From contig NC_134028.1 of NCBI RefSeq assembly GCF_964204645.1, forward strand, positions 6,510,001 to 6,574,000: a stretch of DNA of 64,000 nt. Direction: 5' to 3'. The notes below the pieces were generated by a model, which did no database searches, was not told the origin of the DNA, and saw only the letters and a list, made by a program, of their open reading frames with translations. Shown here in pieces: positions 56,960 through 64,000 of this stretch. The stretch is from Tubulanus polymorphus. Taxonomy: Eukaryota > Animalia > Nemertea. Each line of letters starts with the position of its first letter. Positions within the stretch are counted from its first letter, which is position 1. A program made the translations under genes and the position numbers.

Positions 56960-57147
56960 TTCTACTACCTACGAATTTCGATTGAATTAAGTCGAAATTT
57001 CGAGTTTGATAGTCGAGATTTCAAGTACATCAAAAACCTTGAGGTAAAAGTCGAAATTTCGAGTTCAGATGTCGAAATCTCGAGTTACTGAGTCGAAATT
57101 GCTACTTAGAAATGAAAGATTTCATATGGCTGTAATGCTCTTCCGTA
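56960..57147. repeat. ~21-bp minisatellite (GTCGAAATTTCGAGTT core) ending in transposon-like terminus CTCTTCCGTA
   Basis: Six or more degenerate GTCGA(A/G)ATTTC units. Confidence 0.6.
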
Positions 57148-57184
57148 TCTGGTACCATGTAGGGTGCCCACACATTTAAATCCT

Positions 57185-57294
57185 GGCTCCAATTCCACAG
57201 ATGTGAGTCAGAGTTATCTCCGAGTTGAAATTAGTTCATTTTCAAAGCGGTTACTCTAAGTCAAATCTTAACTCAGAACTGTGGAACTGGTCCC
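57185..57294. mobile_element. Harbinger-like MITE
   Basis: CCAATTCCACAGATGTGAGT / ACTCAGAACTGTGGAACTGG termini; related remnant at ~16708-16780. Confidence 0.65.
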
Positions 57295-60222
57295 TAAAGT
57301 TTAGATCATAATCAAAGACATGAGTCCTGGATAGCACGTGTTGTGAAGCCCTGATGATAACGTAATTAGTTGAAATCGGAGCTGAAAAAGGATTACGAAA
57401 AGTGTTCCTTCGGTTTACAAAAATGATGGTTGTAGCAACCTGGTAATGACCATTTAAAACATTTGAAAGCAATGGCCTCAGTGATTTTGTAAGAGAATGG
57501 TTATGGGTCTCTCTATCTGTGCTCTGTATATGAGGGTTTTTCATTATTTTTGTGATTTAATATCAATATTTCGCACACATTTAATGATAATACAATATCA
57601 AACTCACCCCCTAAAACACTCGGGTCGTTGTTAATGGGCTTGGTTTTAACTACTAGCATTTTGCATTATTCATTCATTTATAAACCGTTTGTACAGAGTT
57701 CAATGAAACATTCCCAACGCAACCATTAGGAATAGGATATGTCGCTTAATTATGTCGACTTCAACGACTATTGGACTATTTTTTAGACGCTTGATGTATG
57801 ACTCAGGTCCCATTTAGAGGGATTTGAACCTGAGAACTCAAGTTCAAATACCTACAAGGATTGTGTTTTTTATCGTTGATCTCCACTTGTAGATTTTCTC
57901 GCAGCTTCGATAGTTATGATTTTTTTAAACTATTGATCTACACAGAAAGAACGCCAAATAAAATATGAATTTTCACATCCGAAAATGAATAGTTTTGATA
58001 AATTGCGACATCTTGATGAATCATTTTTTTCTTTTGCTCATTAAAATGTCTAGCTCATCATTTTGATTATTAAAATTCTTTGTAGCGTTGCTGGTCTAAA
58101 AGGCTTCTGAAGATTTCGTGTTTTATGACCTCTACTCATGGTTGGTTTGTCAAATAATGGAACGTTACCATATAAATATATTTCATATATCGAGTTATGA
58201 AGTTTTAACCTCTAGTGAAATATCATATAAATGATCGGCTTTGAGTGATACAAAATATTCATTCCTTCGCTTTTGAGAGTGCGGTTTTTATGCCAATAAA
58301 AACTTATCCCATTCACAATTGTCGCTGTCCGGTGTTTCTTTAGTTGATCGTTTCAAAGTTATCGTCGAGATCACTATAATCCATTGAGGGGATCGCTAGC
58401 GAGTGTAAGGTTTCTTTCAATAAAGTCGAACCGTCTAGAAAGCATCAAATGACCAAGAAACTCGCGCGCCATTAGATGATTCCTGGGCTAATGATTGATT
58501 TGATTTATTTCATGATTATCAAAGTACAAGATACATGAATATATTACTGATTATACATTAAACAAGTCCAGATTATGAAAACCACTCATTCCCGCTTCTT
58601 ACTTCATCTGCGAAGCGATGGAAGTACCACTAATGGGCAACCTCCAGCGGTACTGTGGCAATCGAGGATTCCACCAGGTTCGCTAGCAGTTACTCGGTCT
58701 TCTGCGTTCTATTTATTCTACATTTCTTTATAATAAATAAATCGATTACTAATGATAACTACTCCAATCACGGAATTAATTCAATCTGTATTTGGCCCTG
58801 ATTATGTATGGGTTCAGGAGCCTAAATTTATAGTTTGAAGCTGATCGATAATAAACTAATTTTGACGAGAACGGCATGTACGCGGCGGTGGTGGCCGACA
58901 TGACCGACTTCGCGACGATGGGCCCGAGAGCTCGTCACGCAATCTGGCGTGATAGCTGGCGTTGCAGTACCCCGTTCTATCCTTAACCACGGCGGAATCC
59001 TCTGGTGTTTTTAGTTTTCAATTTTGTGAGTCATCGCATCGTTTTCAGTATCAACTATTTCAACGTAAAGCATTTCAAAAGTCGGAATGAAAAACACAAA
59101 GGGATTTGGTGGAGTCATTTCTACTCGAAAACGATAGGAATCGAAACAATTGTATTCAACGACAGACGCAATAGTTCATAGGAAGGTCCATTTTATTGTC
59201 AAAACGACATCAAATAATACAATACAGTATATGTATACGGTCGCTTATATCATACTGCACCCTGGATATAAATATATCTACAACGATTTCCTATATGAAA
59301 TAAACAACAGTTTAGAAATGAGGAAAATAACAAGACGCGACCTTCGGCTATACGAGTGGCACTAGTTACACATTTCATAATATACAAATATTTCAAGAAA
59401 TGATATAACATATTCAATCAAGTATACAATCAAGTAAGTGCCCAATAACCCTGAAAGAGAGTGTACTAAATCAAAACATGGTACTATCGTATTCGTGTGC
59501 CCCATTAGTAGCTTCTTATGACGTTTATAGACAAAACGATGTATTTTTTCCCATACACGTTACAATACCATCGACATTATTTTGTTACAATGAATACACT
59601 GGTCTTTTACCAACATAAAACATATTTGAAATATTTCACAATATTCCGTGAAGATTACACATTATAACAGCGTTAACAACGTATTGATAATCGTAAAAAA
59701 ATCCGTAACGAGTCCCATCTCGTTTTCGTGGAAACACTTATTGAAAATTTTTCTGAGATGCGTTTGGTCATGATTTTGCCCAGTTTGAATTCAGTTTCAT
59801 TCGATAATTAGTTCATTTTCAACTGCTCATTCGGAAGGTTGAGCCAGAACACTTTTGAAACTGGCGCTACGTAATTGTGCGCGTAAGACCTTTTATTAAT
59901 CAACTACATTTCTTGTGTATTTTGCTTCTAACAAAGCTGGTCGTTTTCCATTTCTCACAGGAACATCGTAAATCCCTTTTTATAAACAAACTGCTTGTCT
60001 TTAATGAGGTAAAAAGGCGAAATTCGTTTTTCATCGCCGGTATTTCAGTTCCGATGAATAGATACGATCTCTTATCTTCACAGATATATGTTTCCTCGTG
60101 ACGATGGAACTTGAGGCCCATTGCAGGGCATAGTCTTATCGTCTTAAATGTTAAGACTCCCCTTCACGTGTTACAGGCGAGACCAGTCTTCGATCGATCG
60201 CAGAAAATGACGGTCAATTACT

Positions 60223-60350
60223 TTAGACTTTAGTGAGACTTGTATCTTGCGTATGTGACATCAGTGATTGGCTGTGGTAAGAATCGTGCCGCATTTCGAT
60301 CGAGTTGTATCGACGCTTCGGTCGAAAGCATTTGAACGCATCGCGGAACC
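60223..60350 (-). CDS. Probable terminal exon of a rhodopsin-family GPCR (helix 8 and C-tail); upstream exons not found in window
   Basis: Strong acceptor CTTTCTTTTTGCAG then (x)FRDAFKCFRPKRRYNSIEMRHDSYHSQSLMSHTQDTSLTKV*: FRxAF helix-8 pattern, Cys, Ser/Thr-rich tail, terminal T-x-V. Family assignment is inferred. Confidence 0.5.
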
Positions 60351-62926
60351 CTGCAAAAAGAAAGATCAGATGATGACCGAGTGCGCGTACGAATTCTGTT
60401 TGGTCGATCCCGTAGTCGGGGCTTAATAATTTAAAACTAAGCCGACTTTGATTCATCCAATCTATAACCACGTACGTTGTATAAAGGTTTGATTACTACA
60501 AAGTGCTATTAGGATATCAAAAGTTTTAACTATCTACCATTCATACTTCCACCTTGGACTTAATTCATGGTTTCATTGGAAAACATATTCATGTGTTTAG
60601 ATTGCTATCTTATGTGCATATTTCCATTCGAAATCACGATGCATGAATTCTCGTCTCAACATTGTTTCAAACTAATATAACCAACTCCGCTATACACAAT
60701 GAACGATCTAAGTTAGTTCCCAGACCAACCGCCAGAGCATGCCAATCAGCGACTAAAGTTAGTGCCGGCTATGCGAACGCCCCCTAACGGTACGACACAA
60801 AGCTATTTATTTTGAACAAGTATTTACCACCACCCGCTATCACTGAATGGGGAGCGTTATCGTTCACACCCCATCTCCAATCACTTCGGTCGGAATATCC
60901 CTATGAAATAAGCATAAAATGTGATGAAAAACAAAACAGAAAACTGAGATACTTATTCAACTTACTACAACTGTACGGAAGTGCCTGTTGTGTACACGGT
61001 GCTAATGATCAACTGATAAGAAACTAAATTGAGAAAAAAAAACGAGACAAGAAAAAGAAATGAACTAAATGGTTACCAAATGCATTAAACTTTTATAAAA
61101 TAAAATCTTAAATACCCCGGATTATGTTTTTGTTAATGTCAGAATATAGTCTGGCGTTTAGATGTTCTCCACGAAGACGTGGCGTTGCTAAGCCTAAGAT
61201 AAACTCAGTATTAGTAATAATATAGGTTAGTTTCTTGGTTTGCGTCATATAGTTTTTAAGAGTTAGCGTGTTTTATTAGAATCAAACGTTTTTTCATTGT
61301 GTATTGTGGTTAAACGGTGCAATTCAACAGGCGCGCAGAAGGAACGTTCGGAAAGATTGTCCAACGCAATCGACGCGGGCGCGCAATCGACCATCCGCGC
61401 GGACAATCCTTCGAAACGCCACCTATCGTGGAAGCTACGAACGTATACATACATATTTTGCGTGCGTTGATTGGAGGTTAAACAATTTCGCCTAATTTCG
61501 TTTTATTCGCGCCGGTCACACGAGTTGTAACTGTGTTCCCGTAAGATAATCGTCTTTCGCTGGTCACGGAATACATCCCTACAGAACAACGATAACATAT
61601 TGGTTTTCCATAGACAACTCACTGTCCAATTCAGTCGACGAACGAAGTCCACGATTGAGGAAAAAATTGTAAAAGGATATAAACGTTGTCGACTCAAAGC
61701 AATGAGCCATCATTTTGAGAAGATTTTTTTTAACCTTTTTGAAAATGGTTCATAAATTTGAGTCGTCAACATTCTTTTACAGTTTTTTCTCTAGGGTATC
61801 GGTTTTTTCGTCAATGTGACAACATGTTTCATTAACCCATCGTCAGCACATGCTTTTTATGCAATACGTCTAATTCTAATATTAGCATTTTTGAATAGAA
61901 CATTTTTATGAACTTCGTAAACAGAGATATTGATATTCAATGCGAAAATTGATTACTGTTTAATCAACCGAGAAAGCGACGGTTTCACTTTTTGTTAAAG
62001 ACGAAGTTATCCGACAGATTTCATTGAATACCGCGCGCGTCTCGTCGAGAGAGAAGTTTGATATCGCTAATCAGAAATGCTGATGTGTGTTTGATGAGAA
62101 CGCAACCGAGTCGAGTGGCGATATGAATAAACGTGGATTTTCTTATTTGTTCAGAAATAGCTGCGCCGGATTTCGAAGTCCTGGATAAACGGAGCGCCGG
62201 TAATTCTAGACCTTATTAATTAATAATTAAAATACCTAGGATAAGCCCCGCTCGTGCGTCATCGCCAACGTGGCCTGACTTATGTTCTTTGGCGAATGTT
62301 CTTTTAAATATTCATCACGACTTGGAGAATCTCATATAGAGATGTTTCTCGGAGATTATGAACATTGATACGGGCTAGAGAAATCTCAGGTAACATCGGA
62401 ATAACTGATGAGAACCCGAAACCCGTTCAATACGGGCGTTTTTTTAGAAATCAGATGGCCGTAAAAACCATATCCGCAAGGAAACTTCTGATACAGAAAC
62501 TTTCGAAAGGTTAGAGATTGCGGATGGAGGGGAGGAAATACATGCGGCAGCACTGATTCTTGTTGTATCATGTAAGTCACTTATTACCGACCCACTTCAC
62601 GAATCAGTCTAAAATAGGGGATTGGCTATCGAAGCGTGGTAGATATCGTAAAGATAAACCGTTAAGATTTCGATCCCATTCACATATTCTAATTTTTCAT
62701 CTAAGATAAAGTGGATTTGGTATTTATAAAATACCCTCGAGCAAAAACACGACTAATTGTTGACGTTAACTATCCCTAGTGTAGTGGGAGGTTTGTCACT
62801 CCAAAAGCGTAATTAATACAGCTCTTTAAGGTCATGATTTATCTTTGTCCTGAAAATAAACTTACTACGGCTATGCCTATCAGGCCTACAAAAAACCCAA
62901 ATAAAACACATATTAATTTCGATGTT

Positions 62927-63053
62927 ACGGAGCCCCGGTGATAACTTGGTGAAAAATAAATATTTTTCTTTTCGAGGGAACGAAATTATCTTTTCGTTCG
63001 AACGAAAAGAAAACTATATTAAACTGGTCGCCATGTTACCTCCGCGGCTCCGT
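62927..63053. mobile_element. Unclassified MITE
   Basis: ACGGAGCCCCGG / CCGCGGCTCCGT termini, internal TTCG..GAACGAAA repeats. Confidence 0.6.
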
Positions 63054-64000
63054 GCGATGTAGATAAATCCTAAGTATAAAAAATGAAGGCAAATTCAATG
63101 CAACGTAAGCTTATATTCATGATAATCATAATTTCAAACACAGATGCAATCAGATTCGAATACAAAGATATCATAAATTCGGTGCTCAAGAAATTCAAAA
63201 TACATCTGATTGAATAAGTCAGGCATTTCAAAATTTGAGTTATCATCCCGTTTGAAGCTAACACGGCAGTTATTGACTTGAAAACCTCTGTTTACAATCA
63301 CCAATATCTATTTTTTCCGGGAGTTGTTACTATTAAATGAGAATAGATATTGATCACTGGTGAATTGAACCGACATTTATTCGGAGCACTGCTATTAGAA
63401 AATAGGCGCTAGACGATCATGAAATTACTCGGGGCAATGATTAATTTTTTTCCTCCCAGACGTTATCGCTCTAATTGCTAACTTTTTAATCTCTTGAAAT
63501 TTCGGTCATCGTGACCTCAAACCGACCGACATTCAGCAACACAGATTTTCACAGAGCTTTCTTTCCAATTTTACTCGTTATCTGCGTAGACTGAGTAAGT
63601 GTCGGAATGGCAGTTCGTCCGGAGGTATCAGGAACATGATCATTTTCAGATTTTAGAGTGCATTTTAGAGACGAATTAGATTTAGATAAGATTTGGTAAA
63701 GGATGACATTAAATCTAAGTTAGCAAGCGCTGGGTTTTAGGCTCTCTGCGAGTCGAACAAAAATGGGCCGGTCCTATACTCCCAACCAAACAGTTTCGGA
63801 TGGAATTTTCATAACTACGATAATTCAAATTGGATAATTATGAAATATATAATGTATCTATGTTATTATATATTCTTTATTGACGAATTAAATTACATTA
63901 GAAAATTACATTGGTGATAACAAGGTAATGTAATCGATGTATACCAAGAGAAGTTACAAACCTGTATCCATAAAACATGGACTGGCGCACATTTGATATT

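Noticed and set aside
62608-62660. Minus-strand YHASIANPLF resembling GPCR TM7
   Set aside because: Ends in a stop with no splice donor or Tyr; likely chance.

Overview
AT-rich, intron-containing animal (invertebrate-like) genomic DNA; not prokaryotic, no CRISPR, rRNA or complete tRNA seen. Four spliced genes were reconstructed by hand with GT-AG junctions that keep frame: the 3' part of UBE2O (+, 8 exons, to 3831), a complete CCDC6 (+, 9 exons, 424 aa), a complete 4E-BP/eIF4E-binding protein (-, 3 exons, 118 aa) and a 4-TM claudin/PMP22-superfamily gene (+, 4 coding exons, 318 aa, 26-kb first intron). A probable last exon of a class A GPCR lies on the - strand at 60223-60350. Introns and UTRs carry many short DNA-transposon MITEs, LINE 3' ends and long microsatellites. 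The most interesting non-coding signals are a minimal Penelope-type hammerhead ribozyme inside an inverted repeat (50674-50714, -), a degenerate second one in 4E-BP intron 1, a 134-bp tandem repeat with Pol III A/B boxes, a ~430-bp foldback, and inverted repeat copies that bracket exons 2-3 of the claudin-like gene. All family assignments come from motif recognition; no database search was run.
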